From: Dicyema japonicum
Taxonomy: Eukaryota; Animalia; Dicyemida
Reading direction: 5' to 3'
DNA length: 64,000 nt
NCBI GenBank assembly: GCA_011109175.1
Contig: RDEW01000014.1
Location: 124,001 to 188,000 of the forward strand
Shown: positions 25,700-38,981 of the stretch, piece by piece
Layout of the letters: each line of letters starts with the position of its first letter
Position numbering within the stretch: the first letter of the stretch is position 1
Notes under the pieces: generated by a model
What the model was told of the DNA's origin: nothing
Database searches by the model: none
The model's input: the letters and a program-made list of their open reading frames with translations, nothing else
Program-made: the position numbers and the translations under genes

Positions 25700-27030
25700 T
25701 AAATTCTGAAATTTTCCATTTCCCAAATTTGCCGCAAAAAATGCTGGAACCAAAAATGGCAAATTTGGGAGAGTTTACTGTACATTCCAATTGGGAGGCA
25801 ACCTACGTCATCAAAACGTTTCAACACAACGACGAAACGTTTGATCAGAGAACGAAATAATCTAAAGATGGTAAAATCGCCAACAAAAGAGAACATCAAA
25901 AAAGAGAATTGAACAGAGATCGACAATAACATAAAGACAGAAAATGCAAATAGATGGACGAGACTATCAAAGACTCTCTGCAAGAACCCCCAATGCAGAA
26001 AGTGTGGAAGTGGATCAAGAACATCAAAAGATCCTCCCCAGAGAGAAAAGGCGAAGTCTACATCAAACCAGACACTCTGATAAAATATTACACGTCTATA
26101 AAAGAAGTTTTCAAAAGAACACCAAGTATTCCTGAAAAATATTGAACCGAAACGCTTCAATGACTGGATTCTCTTTACTAGCCAGGATGTCCGCAGGGCC
26201 ATATCCAAAGCCAACAACTCAGAGGCCAAAGGACCAGACAACATAACCACATGTGAACTGAAGCACCTAGGCCATCGAGCCCTGGAACTATTAGCCAATG
26301 TATTCAACCTATCCATTAAAATCCCTGAAATATGGATGAAGTCCCTAATCAAACCTATTCGAAAACCTAACAAACCAATCAGTGAACCATCTTCTTATCT
26401 CCCAGTATCTATTTTGAGTCCGGTCTCAAGGATCCTTGAAAGGCTTGTTCTGGAAAAAGTGCAAGACTCAATCTCAATACCTTCGACCCAGCACAGATTC
26501 CGGGGTAACCATTCGACCACAACACACCTCACAACCCTCACACATTAATTGCGGAAAGATTTAACTCCCCCAAACCCCATCAGAGGACAGTACTTATATC
26601 CGTGGACATCACAAAAGCGTTCGACTCAGTCCCCAGGAAACTCCTTATAAAAAATATTTAAAACTAACATTTATCTGAATTTGAAACTTTGGATTAAAAA
26701 CTTCTTAAATGGAAGAAGAGCACAAGTACTCTGCAATAACATCAAATCAAGATCTCGCTGTTTTCCAAATGGAGTCCCTCAAGGCTCCCGACTGTCACCC
26801 CAACTCTTCAATCTCTACATTACAAAACTCTTAAAGGCAGCTAGTTTAACCATGCACTATCGAAATATCTACAATCATACAGTCCGATGAGAAGAGCTGT
26901 TCAGGATTCTCGACCACGCCGGACTCGTCCTTCCCCTTGTTGCCATGTCCGATGAGAAGATTACTTAGTTAGTTGAGAACTTTTATTTCTTTCTCTTTGA
27001 CCCAGTGATCCTGGGGGTAATAACTTCCCC
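25700..27030 (+). mobile_element. Degraded LINE RT, internally deleted
   Basis: AKGPDNI, SYLPVSILSPVSRILERLV, VDITKAFDSVPR, NGVPQGSRLSPQLFN; ends gtgatcctgggggtaataa. Confidence 0.85.
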
Positions 27031-27870
27031 GATTAATTAAATTAAATTCGATAATGAAGTCTGTAATAATCCTTTGCATATTCAAAAAGATTTTTTTTAT
27101 CAATGTGACTTTTTTACTAAACGTGAAAAAAATTATTTGCTGGATCTACCATTTGGTGATTTCTTAATAACTCGGGTTTTTGTATTTGTATCTTCTGCTT
27201 AGAGTCATTTCTGGAAAAGGCGGTCATTAGGCAATTGGTCAGATGGTCAGATGGTGACGTACCTACATTGCACGAGATGTCCAAAACCCACTCCTTCTCG
27301 TGTCTACAGTCGAGGTAACGAACTCAGGACATCATAAAAAACAAAATCCATTAAGTATCTGGATTCGATCAAAATTGAAAGAAGTCGAAGGATCAATGTC
27401 AGAACTTGCAGCTTTAGGGTGGTCATTTAGTCCACCCAGTCAGAAAGGTCCGAAGTGGTTTAATAGTTAATTAAGGAATACGTCGATCTCTTATTCTTCA
27501 AGGTAATAATTAAATCACGTATTCGAGATATACTTTTCTGATCAAACACGTGCATATGCATCCCAGTTAAAGCTGCTTTGAGCTTGTATAAGATCAGGTA
27601 ACATAAGTCTTGAGATATTTTTGTAATGTGACATTGTATTGGTCAGATATTTCAATTTACTGAGAAAGATTTTAGTTAATTTATTTCCCTGAGTGTCACT
27701 TGATATCAATTTGATGCTTTTCATCGATTTTTTCTCTTATGTGCAGTGATTGGTTATTATTAATGTTATTAGGAAACCGACAATTGCATCATCAAGTTTG
27801 AACAAATATCGATAAAGTTGTTGATAATTTTCATTTACTTAAAATTAAGATAAATTTGCTGATAATTTTT

Positions 27871-28000
27871 TATTTATCCGCAAACTCATGCAGTTTCTTC
27901 CGAAACAATGGACTGTTGGAATTCCTCCTGATCTTGTTGAGGGAATTTACGCTATCAAGTAACTCGGGCCTTATATTTTTGAGAATATATGCACGTGACT
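27871..28000 (-). pseudogene. Partial duplicate of innexin coding sequence (about 28915-29041)
   Basis: Near-identical nucleotide match, e.g. tggactgttggaattcctcctgatcttgttgagggaatt. Confidence 0.85.
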
Positions 28001-28224
28001 CGTATGTACAGTAATTGGTTATTATCATGGAGGAAACAGACATCTGACAATTGCATCATCAAGTTTTAACAAATATCGATAAATTTGTGATAATTTTTAC
28101 TTATAATTTTAAGTAATTTTTTATGAAAGACAATTATTCAACAAAAAAAAAATGTTAGTTGAGGAAGCCGGCTGCGTGGATTGCAAACGAGTTCCCTCGG
28201 AGCATGGCCATTCCAATCTTTTGT

Positions 28225-28372
28225 CTCAGCCAGAATTCTTCTCGTTGATCCCTTTTCTTTCTGGCACCATTCTTCCGAGTTCGCGCAAAAACTCAGCCGT
28301 CATTGGACCAACGGCTCCTGATGACTCGACTGCAACAGGAGTAATCGGTACCGATCCCCGAGTAATTTTTTG
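28225..28372 (-). mobile_element. CRE-like 3' fragment
   Basis: PVAVESSGAVGPMTAEFLRELGR. Confidence 0.6.
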
Positions 28373-28764
28373 AGCTTTTTTAATGACATGAATTATTAAT
28401 TGCATCATCTAATTTGCCAAATCGATAATATTAGACTTTTTTTCCTAAAACTCCAACCAAGTGTATCGTGAAGCATTCACTGACGACGACGTAACTCGTC
28501 ACACCAACGCATCGTAAACCTTAAGCTTCTTCCTAGCAAGTTAAAAATTTATTTAAACTTTTCAAGGACATTTGTTAGTAATTGTATCATCTAATCTTCC
28601 AAATCAATATAAGACTTTTTCCTAAAGCCTATAACCACGTGCATCGAAAAATAATCATCTAATCTGTACGAACATAGATAAATTTTTGGATAATCTTTTT
28701 TCTCATAAATCCAAATTTAAGACAAAAAATATTAAGAAGATTTTATAATGAAAAAGACGTTAAT

Positions 28765-29968
28765 TTAAAAATCTGAAGAAATTTTGTTCCACTCCTCGGC
28801 CTCTTTTATAATCTTATAGTTTTCATAAAGAGAACTCACGAGATCAGTCACAACTAGATCACTGACATTCCGGGAGATCAATCTTATCACAAATATTCCG
28901 TCAGATTCCAAATATTTATCCGCAAAATCATGCAGTCTTTTCCGAAACAGTGGACTGTTGGAATTCCTCCTGATCTTGTTGAGGGAATTAACGCTGTCAA
29001 GTAACTCAGGCCTTATATTTTTGAGAACATATGCACGTGACCCATGGCCAGACAAGGCATGATAAATCCACCTGAATGTATTGATAAAGTTCAGGACAAT
29101 CAAAATAACCAGAAGATACCAATAAATTGCGAAAATCGCCTCCAAGTAAAGATTAATTGACAGCACACATTGAACAGAGTATCTGTACCCGACTATTTGA
29201 TGGCCCATTTCGCGCACATAAAAGTCACAAAATGCGACACGTGGGAAGAACCTTGACTCGTAAAAATTCCCCAAAAAAAAGTCACGTGCTATTATTATCC
29301 CGTAAAATTGCATTTTTCCATTGGACAGTAGCAAATCGATAAAAACAAATTGTCCAATGGAATTGAGCAAATACAGTACTTTGGTTGTCAAGTACAGTAA
29401 AATTAACTTTTTGCTGAAAGGGTTTCTTGATGAGTTTTGGCCTTTCTGTTCTCTGTAATAGGTAAAGAGCTTGGTTAGGTTTTTTATGGTCTCATCTTTT
29501 TTGTCCCTTTCAGTCTCTTCCTGATATTTCGATGCAATGTCGATAATACTTTTCAAATGTAGACCGCATGTGGTGTTGTTCGATCTCCAAAATGCACAGG
29601 GGAGTTGATATAAAAGAGCTAATAGAGCAAACATGAGTGGAGCCCATTGGTAGTATCTGATTTGAGGCTTATTTTTATAATTATCCGTTTCTGGTATGGA
29701 TTGGTTTCGCGGGACCTTGTATGTGTTTTGAATCCAGCATATTTTATTAGTAAAGTCGATATAATTGTCTAAAACGTAAAAATAAAAAGAAACCAGTAAA
29801 CTGTGGCGGAGACCAGCATTTGATGGGAGACCCGACGTATTGCTCAGTGGTTATAATGAATGCGAACATAAGAAGGAGTGTGCCCATGTATGCGTGATTA
29901 AGCCGGTCTGTCGTATCATCATCCTTTTGGGAACCAGCAGCACCCTTGACGATCTCAACTAACTCCAT
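28765..29968 (-). CDS. inx: Innexin (392 aa, one 25-nt intron at 29769-29793)
   Basis: DDDTTDRLNH, QYVGSPIKCW, CWIQNTY, YYQW signature, FPRVAFCDF, VQCVLSINLYLE, YLESDGIFVIRLI. The frame is open after splicing. Confidence 0.95.
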
Positions 29969-30579
29969 TAATGGAGCGATTGCCGGTTTTTAATATTTAT
30001 CTGTGCCGAATAGCCGTATTATCGATTAATTTTCCATCCAAGGACCTTGCTGTTATATTTTATCTCCGTGACTCTTCCCTCTCCACTCCAGATGAGACAC
30101 CATCCGGGAAGATGGTGAGACGGGGAATCAGACAAGTCGATTAATATTGCTTGAATTTTAATTTTGATTGATTATAGACTCAGACAATTATGAGGATTAT
30201 TTCATATTGATTAAATTATGTAATTTATTCCGCAGAAATTTCACTTAACATATTCTAGCCGATTATCCCCTTTGAAACTTTGGCTGGAAGAGATTCCAAC
30301 ACGGACCCTACATACAATTCATTTGTTCAGAACTTAGAGTTTCCGATGTCTCACGAATCTGTCTTTTCAGTCATGCTTGCGAAGGAAAAAAGACCTCATC
30401 CATCCTGATTCCAAGTAGTCATCGAGACAACTCTCACCTCAACTTTCCGACCAATTAACCAATTGTAAAAATTATTGTTCGATGAATTAATTATCAAAAT
30501 GAAAACTTAATCTCCAAAAAGTCAAAATTAATCCGACTAATCTGCTATTTGTCACGTGAATTTATTTTAGCTTCTAAGG

Positions 30580-30830
30580 AATGTTTTCTCAATTCATTTT
30601 CACTGAATTCTTGCGCAGTTGGGTGCTCAAGAGGGCTCTTAGTATATCAAAGATTTCGTTTCTATTTTTAATTGCTTTCGGCAAAGTAGGAAATGAAAAC
30701 ATTAGCGTTTGCCACATCCATAGTTCAAAAATTTTCCGTTTGTCAAAATGTCCGACCATAACTCAACTCAGCCCCTGGCCGATGAACTAGAGACATGGGA
30801 TCATTCAATCAGTCGACAAAAATAGCCGAG
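30580..30830 (-). mobile_element. Possible piggyBac transposase remnant
   Basis: FVD*LND and MDVANANVFISY resemble piggyBac GVD..DQ and LD.A..NA.I.Y; heavily degraded. Confidence 0.3.
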
Positions 30831-31099
30831 AAAATAATGTTTGAAATTGTCGACAAAAATCTAATAAGAAATTTATGGTCAACTTATCAGCAACACAGAT
30901 AATATTTCTATCAAAAAAATTGAATGACAATTTAATGTCACTTTAATTGTCCTGTCCTCTACTTGAGTCATTGTCTGCTAAGGAAATTCGTGACAATAAC
31001 GAAACAAATGAGAAACGTGCCTATCACGTTTTACAATCACTCATAGAATATCCCATTCCGTTTGGTTTCCTAAAATCCACATTCGGAAAAAGAAACAAA

Positions 31100-31490
31100 G
31101 AGGGTTCCCTTGCGACTACGACGCTGGAATTCTTTAGTCTTCTAGTGAATCTGATTTCTGCACGAACTGGAGATCCCCATGTACACTGAGAGAATATCGC
31201 TTGCCATCCTGAGAGGGAATAGCCACGTGATCATGGTGGCTGCTGTTTGACCTTTTTATTTATTTTATCATGTTTTAACAATAAAGTATTTCAAACAAGG
31301 ATATTAGTAACAAATCATGATCCATATGACAGTGGGCATTGCAGAGGACGACCATTCCCATTTGCGAGGGTCTCTGAGTCTCGCCTCAATCCCTTGCCAA
31401 TTTCGTTGACAACTTCTTTACTCATTATCTTAACCGCTTCATAGGATTCGAAGGCGATTGGGATGAAGTGGAGACGATTCTCAAAATATT
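31100..31490. mobile_element. Two convergent CRE-like 3' fragments (+ 31100-31250; - 31300-31490)
   Basis: Plus copy matches 52390-52520 (LEF..GDP..ISLAILRG). Minus copy encodes HFIPIAFESY..VNEIGKGL. Confidence 0.6.
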
Positions 31491-31799
31491 AAGCCTAAAT
31501 GAATGAGTTCAAATGTAGCCAAGAGGACTTTTAAAGTGCCCTTATATGGATTATGAGACTATAACTAATATAATGGTTTATACGCAATAATTATGAAACT
31601 GATTGATATCATTGACATCAAAATTATTGATAACTAGCAACTCCCGCTGATTTCCCCCCTTATTTGCCCATTTTTTGAAAAACATTGTCAGTGGAAAATT
31701 TATTTTCCGAGACATTTATTATACCAATAGCCCTGCGGTCTTTAAAAAATCCCATCAAATCTTGAGTGGCTTTAAAGGTTTTCAATGACCTTGGTATTA

Positions 31800-31930
31800 A
31801 ATTTTTATTCCAAGATCACCGTTAAATCGATAAACAAACTAAATGATCCCGACAAATTTAATCCAGACCCTCAGCTTGGCTCATGTTCCTCTCTCGATCC
31901 TACACAAGCTCGTTGGGATCGGGTAGTTTC
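31800..31930 (-). mobile_element. LINE 3' end fragment
   Basis: Homologous to 2136-2270; PQRACVG..GI and the ggtgatcttggaataaaa terminus. Confidence 0.6.
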
Positions 31931-32399
31931 CTGATCACGTTGGATCAGGACTCCTTTGTTATTCCTTCTTATTAGGATCTCCAAAGGTGTCGGCATAATG
32001 TTCTTTTTGTCAGTAGACCACTTCTGTCACCCTAAAAGCCATTTTTGTGTAGCCGCAATTTTTTAGCATTAGTTCAACAGATCGAAGGCCCCATGAGGCA
32101 CATGCATAGGAAATGCATGGCTCAATATATTGCAAGTTAAGTGTTTTTAGTATGGATGTTTTTAGTATCGAAGATCATCCCCAGGATTTTTCTCATTTCT
32201 TAAATGGTAATGTTTTCCCATCCACTTCAATTGACTAGTTTGACATTTTCTTATCCGAGGTGAATAGAGATGTGACCTTCATGATTGAACACGACGTGAC
32301 AATTGTTAGTATTTATTTAAAAATTCGAAAAATTAAAAGATAAAAATCAATAATAATTTTGAATTTTTTGACTTTATTTATTTATTTATTTTTATTTTA

Positions 32400-33300
32400 A
32401 AACCAAGATTCACCGACAAAATAAAAGAGAATGGGGCGATCCTGGCCTCTTTAAACAGTCACGACAAAATAAAGACACTTCTTGTATGGATGAATCACTT
32501 TTCAGATGTTTTCAGGTTTCAATGGGGCTCCCGTTCTTTTCACAAGTTACTCGAACGGAGTTGGCTTTAGTTGCGAGGAGAACCTTTGTAGGGTCCTCGT
32601 TACTATTTCTTGGAAGGTGTTTATTTTCTTTAGGTTGGTATAGGACAAGTTAGTGCCCCATGCCGCACAGCAGTAGCCTATTGTTGTTGGTTGAATGTAT
32701 TGCGTGTAAAGATGATTTAATGTTGAGTGGAAACAGCTTTTTTGCACCCAAGTAGCGTTTTTACATAATTTAGTTTTCGTTGGGAAGAGGATTATATAGA
32801 TAAGTTAATTTTATTTATTTAACACACAAGACCACGGTAAAACCAAACTATCACGTGATCCCGATGTGTTCCACCAAAATCCTCATCCTTTCCCGGTGCT
32901 TCTCCCTCGTGCCCACACAAGCTCGTACTGGGCGGCTGACTGTTTTTGCAGGGCCACCTTCCCGCATGCCGGAGTTTAGTTTTATGATGGCCTCCAGAGT
33001 AGTCGGTCCGGTTCTGTGTCTCCCACAAGTCCACCGCTCCGTGATTCTGAAAGCCTTTTTTTGTACGTCCTCGATTTTCTTAGTATTCGTCCATGATAAT
33101 GTAAATCCTCACGAAGCACACGCGTACGAGAAGCATGGTTCAATGTATTGTTTGTATATATTCATCAAGACCGGGTGGGTACCGGTCTTCCATATTCCAG
33201 ATAAACATTTCAATACATTGATTTTCTTCTCGCTTTAGAACAATGTTTGCCACGTGTGGTGACAAACATAAGTGCGTATCCAGTGTTAATAAACTGGAAA
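32400..33300 (-). mobile_element. Two LINE 3' fragments (32400-32770, 32815-33300)
   Basis: LYTQYIQPTTIGYCCAAW; IYKQYIEPCFSYACASWG; terminal PVRACVGTREKHRERMRILVEHIGIT*. Confidence 0.7.
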
Positions 33301-33339
33301 GTTTTTTTTTAATTAAAATTTACATTTTATAAGTTTCTG

Positions 33340-33950
33340 CGCTATTTGGGATTGAAAACGCGGGAGATTACATGACTACATTAGGAGGAGAAAGAAGAGA
33401 CCTTTTCAGTCACTCCTATGTACACAAAAGTTACACGTCATCCGTGACATCTACCTGTTTATCTTCAAGGGAGTTATTCTTCCTAGGCTACTTTATGAGT
33501 GCGAGGAATGGTTCTTCTCTCCGAAAAGAGAAATCTTATCCTTCCTAGAGAAGACAAGGAGAAGCACGATTAAGCTATTTTTAAACAATAAACTGAGAGA
33601 CTGTCTAAGTGAGGACAAAAAAAATCTGCTAGTAGCAATTATAAGGATTGTGGAGGATCAGATCAACGGTTTCAGAAGGAGATCAAAGATTCGGGATACC
33701 TACATAAAACTAGTAGAAACGTTTCGAGAAAACAAAAAAAGGAGGAAGGGTCCAGATGTGGAGTCAAAGTCTTAAGGTATGACTTAGATATAATACCCTC
33801 CAGGAAACTCCTAACTCTAGTTAATAAATTGTTGTAGTTGCCATATATCGGCTGTGGAAGTAAAGATTTTGAGAAGAAGAGGACTCAGTTGTAAATATAG
33901 ACACATGACATTAAGATGACACTCGAAAGATAACTGCTATTTTAATTTGT
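33340..33950 (+). mobile_element. Degraded LINE post-RT fragment
   Basis: RYLG..IFKGVILPRLLYECEEW. Confidence 0.45.
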
Positions 33951-34214
33951 AAATAATAAATCTTTTATAAAAACTTGAACCTCCTCTTAGGATACTATTT
34001 GACTGATTTATTAATCATATTATCTATTATCCTGCAGTTTCTGACAGATGATCCCCCAAGTTTTTTTTTCAATTTGGGCTGGGGAAAGTCGAATCTTGGT
34101 CTTGCGTCATCCAACACTTATTTGTTCTTATCTTTTAGCATTTGATGTTTCCTGAGTTCATCACCTAACCCATGCACCCGAAAAGGGAGATAAGGGCTAT
34201 GATTCATCATTAAT

Positions 34215-34500
34215 TAATCAATTAAATCACTCCAAAGACCAAGGGTAAAACCAAACTAACTAATTCCTGACACGTTCCAACAGAACCCTCACACAAGCAA
34301 AGTGATTAAGGGGCGTTGTCTGGGGAACTAAGGTCGATTCCAGAACTCGTCACTAGGGAGCAAAATTTTTTTACGGTGGAATGAATAGATGGGTCCTTTT
34401 GAATAATAACCAGGCATTTCAAATCCTAAAGTCTCCTGAGTAAAATGGATCAAACGACGCCACCAAAGGAAGGAAGAGAAATCATCAATCAAGTAACCAT
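34215..34500 (-). mobile_element. LINE 3' fragment (related copies at 38610-38790 and 59560-59725)
   Basis: The three loci share sequence (gtctcc..ggatc.a.gacgcca, gattccagaact) and a ggtctttgg terminus. Confidence 0.5.
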
Positions 34501-34629
34501 ATGGCACCACGTGGCCATTAATTTATAATTATTATTATAATCATGTAACTATCCACTAGGCTAACTGACGGCTGATTTTACAAAAAATGTTTATTTAAAC
34601 TATCAACCTAGTTCACCTTGTTGTTAACA

Positions 34630-34840
34630 GCCGCACTGTAACGAGTTCCTGGCAAGAGGCCTTATGGTCCTAGTTCAAATCTCGCTGCTTTATATTCCGA
34701 CTGAAGGTTCCCCGCATCTCGATGTTTTGCTTGATGAGTGACGCCGTCATCAGTGATTATTTCACTTAGGAAACCGGATCGTCTTTAAAGGACATACAGA
34801 CAACAGAAAAAGAAATGAAGACCATTCCTTAGTTCTCTAC
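34630..34840 (+). mobile_element. SINE family 1 copy
   Basis: B box GTTCAAATCTC then the shared body gaaggttcc.cgcatctcgatg..gtcatcagtg..cact..ggaaaccggat. Confidence 0.75.
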
Positions 34841-35171
34841 GATTAGCATAATCTAAATTACGATAATTCTTATTGTCTCTCATTTTGAATATGCAAGTTT
34901 TATTTTGACGGAAAAAGCTTGGGAGCATCTTCGTCCTGATGAATTGCTTGTATAAGAGGATTAGACATTCTATAGACCGTTTGAGTAACCTGCTACTAAC
35001 GAATAACGATTGAGATCATCAAAGTGTTTCTCAAAAACAGACAGATCAAAGACAACTCTGAGGATATTCGGATATTTGTTCACTGGAAAAAATTCGTTAC
35101 TTAAGGGTAAAATAGGATTAGTTGAATTGCTTCTGCTATGTGGTAAATAAGATTATAGAAGATTTCGATGG

Positions 35172-38100
35172 AGACCGGGTGGCGTAATGTGATCAGTTAT
35201 TGACAAAAACCAGGTGGTCTCTGATTAAAATCTCGCTGCTGTCTATTTGGTTGAAGGTTCCACGCATCTCCGATGCTTCTGGGTTGACGAGTGACACCGT
35301 GTTTCATCACTTCGGAACCGGATTATTATTATTATTATTATTTAAGCACTTCACGAGAGCCATACTAATTATAGCCCCGGATGTGCAGGAAAAGAAACAA
35401 GGTTAGATGTCATCCTTTTCCATGCTCCCCTGTTCCTAGCCAAGGCTCTCATGCTGTCCAGGTCGTCGGCATTTGTTAGATTTTTTTTGATACTGACCAG
35501 GTCTTTTTGTAAGACTATTGGCAGTGTTGTTCTTGGTCTTCCCCGATAGCGGCCTTCTTGACTAACATAGTATGTTTCCATAGATATGTTCGGTGGGGAT
35601 GTTAATTCCATCCTCAGCACGTGTCCGAAGAGCCTCCATCGGGATTCCAGTACTTCTAAGCTGATAGGTCTAGTGCTGCATCTCTTATATAAAGCATTCC
35701 TAGATATTCTCGTAGGCCAAGTAGTTCCTGTTATTTTTCTCAGCTGACCTCTGTGGAACGAGTCTAGTTTTTTCATATCCGCTGATGAGGTCGCCCAAGT
35801 TCCAGCGTTATATAAAAGTACGGGTTTTATGAATGAGTCGTATAGTAGGATTCTCATTTTCGTGTCGATGCCTTTTTGATTGAGCCATAAATTCTTCAGT
35901 TTATATAACGCAGCATTGGCTAGAGTTTTCCTACGTAAAATATCTTCGCTATCTCCCATAAGTGAACCGAGTTTCTTTACTTGTCGCCACTTCTCTTCTA
36001 GGACGTTACTCATCCTTCTTATCTCTGTGAGTTCTGTTTTTCTCTGTTCACAGTAAGAAACCATTTCCCTAGTACATCTGGTGCTTTTTCTAATAGGTTT
36101 TCCAGGACCTCTTTGTCTTCAGAAATTAGGTCTACATCGTCCGCGTAGATTACTTCTTCCGTCTTTCCTTGGTATACGGTCTGAGTTCCTTCATAGCGGT
36201 TTCCAAACAAATTGTGAATTGGAGAAGAGATAGGAAGTTTCCTTGTGGAATGCATGTGTTTGTTCCAAATTTTCTTGAATAGGTCTTTCCGATTCTCACA
36301 AGGAGCTCAGTTTTGGAAAATAGAATTCGGGTCATCCTTAGACTCTCCTCATCAAGAAATCCGCTCAGTACCCATATAAACTTGTTCCTGTTAACCGTAT
36401 CAAAATCATTTGATAAATCAATTTTCAAAATATTGGTGGCGTTACGGTATCTTTGATATGTTGCACACCTCCATCTGTGACTCCAAACCGCATCAGGTGT
36501 GGATCTTCTTTCTCGAAAACCACTTTGACTTTTTGTTAGGAATTTGTAAGCAAGTCCTTTTATTCATTCAAACACAATGTTTGTTAAGACATTGCGTAAT
36601 GAGTTTAGTTGTATGATTGGTCACAAGTTTTCTAGCGGTCCTCTGGATATGTTGGTTATTGTATGAGGATTAGTAGTCCCGTACACAGAGGTAGAGTTGA
36701 GTTAGTTGAAAACATTTCATTTAGTAGTGTAGCGATTTTTTCAAAAAGGAGGTCAGGGCCGTATTTCAGTAGTTCTGGGTTTATCGCATCTGATCCGGGG
36801 CTTCTGTAATTCTTGAATTTTCGGCAGGCTGTTTTGATTTCGTCGACCGTGATTGGTATCTCAAGGGGTCTTGGCCTTCCATCAAATAGGTGGATTTCTA
36901 TGGTTTTGATGTTGAAAAGCTTCTCAAAGTGAGCCGCGATGGCTTCAGTTTGTTCTTTGGTGTTCAGTATTAGCTTACCGTTCTCGTCTTTTATGGTTAG
37001 TCGACTTCGGTTTGTTCGCCGCAGCAAACGGGCAGCAACGTACACCTGTGCGTTGTCTTTCACTTTGTTTACTTCTTCTATACAGGAAGCTATTTCTTCT
37101 ATGAAAAGCTTTTTGTTCAGACCCTTTATTTTTCTTCTGACACGTTGTCTTTCGCCTTGAAGGGCTTTTATCGCATTAGTGTCAGTGGCATTTGATTTTC
37201 TCATATTTATTTCTTTTAACATCTGGATGAATAGCCTTCAGGTTCAATTTACTATTCTCCCTTTTGCCAAGACATGCTTCAGCAGCTTCGTTGATGGTGT
37301 CTTTTTTGCGTTTCCAGGCGTCTTCTAGCGTGATATCCACCAATACGTCCTGCAAATTAGTCTGAATGTATTGTTGATATCTCTCAGTAGTCTCCGGTTG
37401 AGAAATCAGCCTTTCAGTCGCGTAGTCGCCTCTGATTTTCTCAAATTCGTGATTTTTTGCATTCTTGTATTTAATGGCATGTTTTTTCAGGGTGAAGGTC
37501 GCAATGACCATCTTGTGGTCGCTGACAGTCGTCGAGCCTTCATATGAACGTGCGTTTACTAGAAGGTGTTTGTCTTTAGCCCGACATATGACATAATCGA
37601 TTTGGTTGTATATTGGGACCAGCTTTCCCTCTGAGTTCCTTCGCTTCCCCATCCACGTAGTTTTGTGGCAGGCAGGATGCGTAAATGCAGTATTGCATAG
37701 GAAAAGGTTGTTTGCCATACAAAAGTGACCAAGTATTGTCCCGGGTAGATTTCTTATTCCACGTCCATGTTCTCCCAAGAAAACATCATCCGGGTTATTC
37801 TTCATCCCGATTTTTGCATTCAAATCCCCAGCAATGAGTATTAGTGATGACGACTCATATTCGTTGTACGTCCGTAACAGTGTTGAATAGAAGTCGTCTA
37901 GTTCTGTCGGATCTTTCGCTACTCTCCCGCAGTGTGGCGCATAAACATTTACAATTGTCAGAAAGCTCTTCGAAGGAGGTAAGTCGTTTAGCCGGATTTG
38001 TATAACACAGATCCTGTCATTCACACTCCATATACGGTGGACTGCACTTGTCAACTTTGAGTGGATGGCAAATCCAAGTCCATAATGTTTTGAGTCGCTC

Positions 38101-38500
38101 GGCTGACATATAATTCGATATTCGCCGAAGTTCTCATCAAGGCTACAAGTAACTTTCGTCTCTTGTAGACACCCAATAGATACGTCGTATCTCTCCAGGT
38201 CATCACAGAGAATCTTCCTCGACCAGGTCGTAGATAAGCCTCTAGCATTGAACGTAAGGACTTTTAGACGAGATGCATCCCTTTGTATCCATTGCCTTTT
38301 AGACATTTTTCTCAATTGCGATCCAATCAAGAAACGAGGCACGTCACCACCTCACCAAAAAAACGCATCTCGATGCTTCTGGGTTGACGAGTGACACCGT
38401 GTTTCATCACTTCGGAACCGGATTGTCTTTTTAATTCACACACAAGCAAAAAGAAAAGAACAAAAAGTCAAGGGGTTGGGTTCAACATATCCCAACGTTA
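35172..38500 (+). mobile_element. SINE family 1 copy split by an RTE insertion (35172-35324 and 38363-38500)
   Basis: A box TGGCGTAATG. The body resumes after the RTE, with 62 bp duplicated. Confidence 0.8.
35325..38362 (-). mobile_element. Full-length RTE-clade LINE (APE + RT), mildly degraded
   Basis: TFNARGL, CLQETK, NVYAP, AGDLNAKIG, NQIDY, SDH; SPGSDAI, IDLSNDFDTV, IYADD, YRGRPRTTLP; (TAA)n tail; 5' ttggtgaggtggtgacgtgc; 62-bp TSD. Confidence 0.95.
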
Positions 38501-38981
38501 AGAGAATTTCTTTGAAGCGAAAGTTTTGTCTCGGTTCAACGTCCGCCATCGGGATCTTCTTTGGAAGAACCGATAAAAATATAAAAAAAATAAAATTATT
38601 CAAAGATAAAGGGAACCCAAACTAGCGATCTACTTGATCCTGACACGTTCCATCGATTCCAGAACTTGTCTCCAAGTAACAAAATTGTCTCCCGATGGAA
38701 AGAATAGTTGGATCCTTTTGAAAACAGGCAGTCATTGGGCGTCTCCATAGTCAGGTGGATCCAATGACGCCATCAGAGACAAGTGAATTACATGACTCCT
38801 CTCTAGGAGAACTTTAGATTTGAAAAAACTAAAATTACTGGGCGACCATGTTAACAAACTCAAGCTCTTTAGTTCCACAAACCTTAAATACTCCCCTTTC
38901 TAATATCGAAGCATTCCCTTAAGTAGCCATGTTACGGAAAAATAACAAATTCATTAATAAATTAAGCAGCCATGATAAAAA

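Noticed and set aside
25699-26373. Long antisense ORFs (25699-26373, 21651-22148, 52322-52771 and similar)
   Set aside because: They are mostly shadows of retroelement sequence and show no recognisable motifs.
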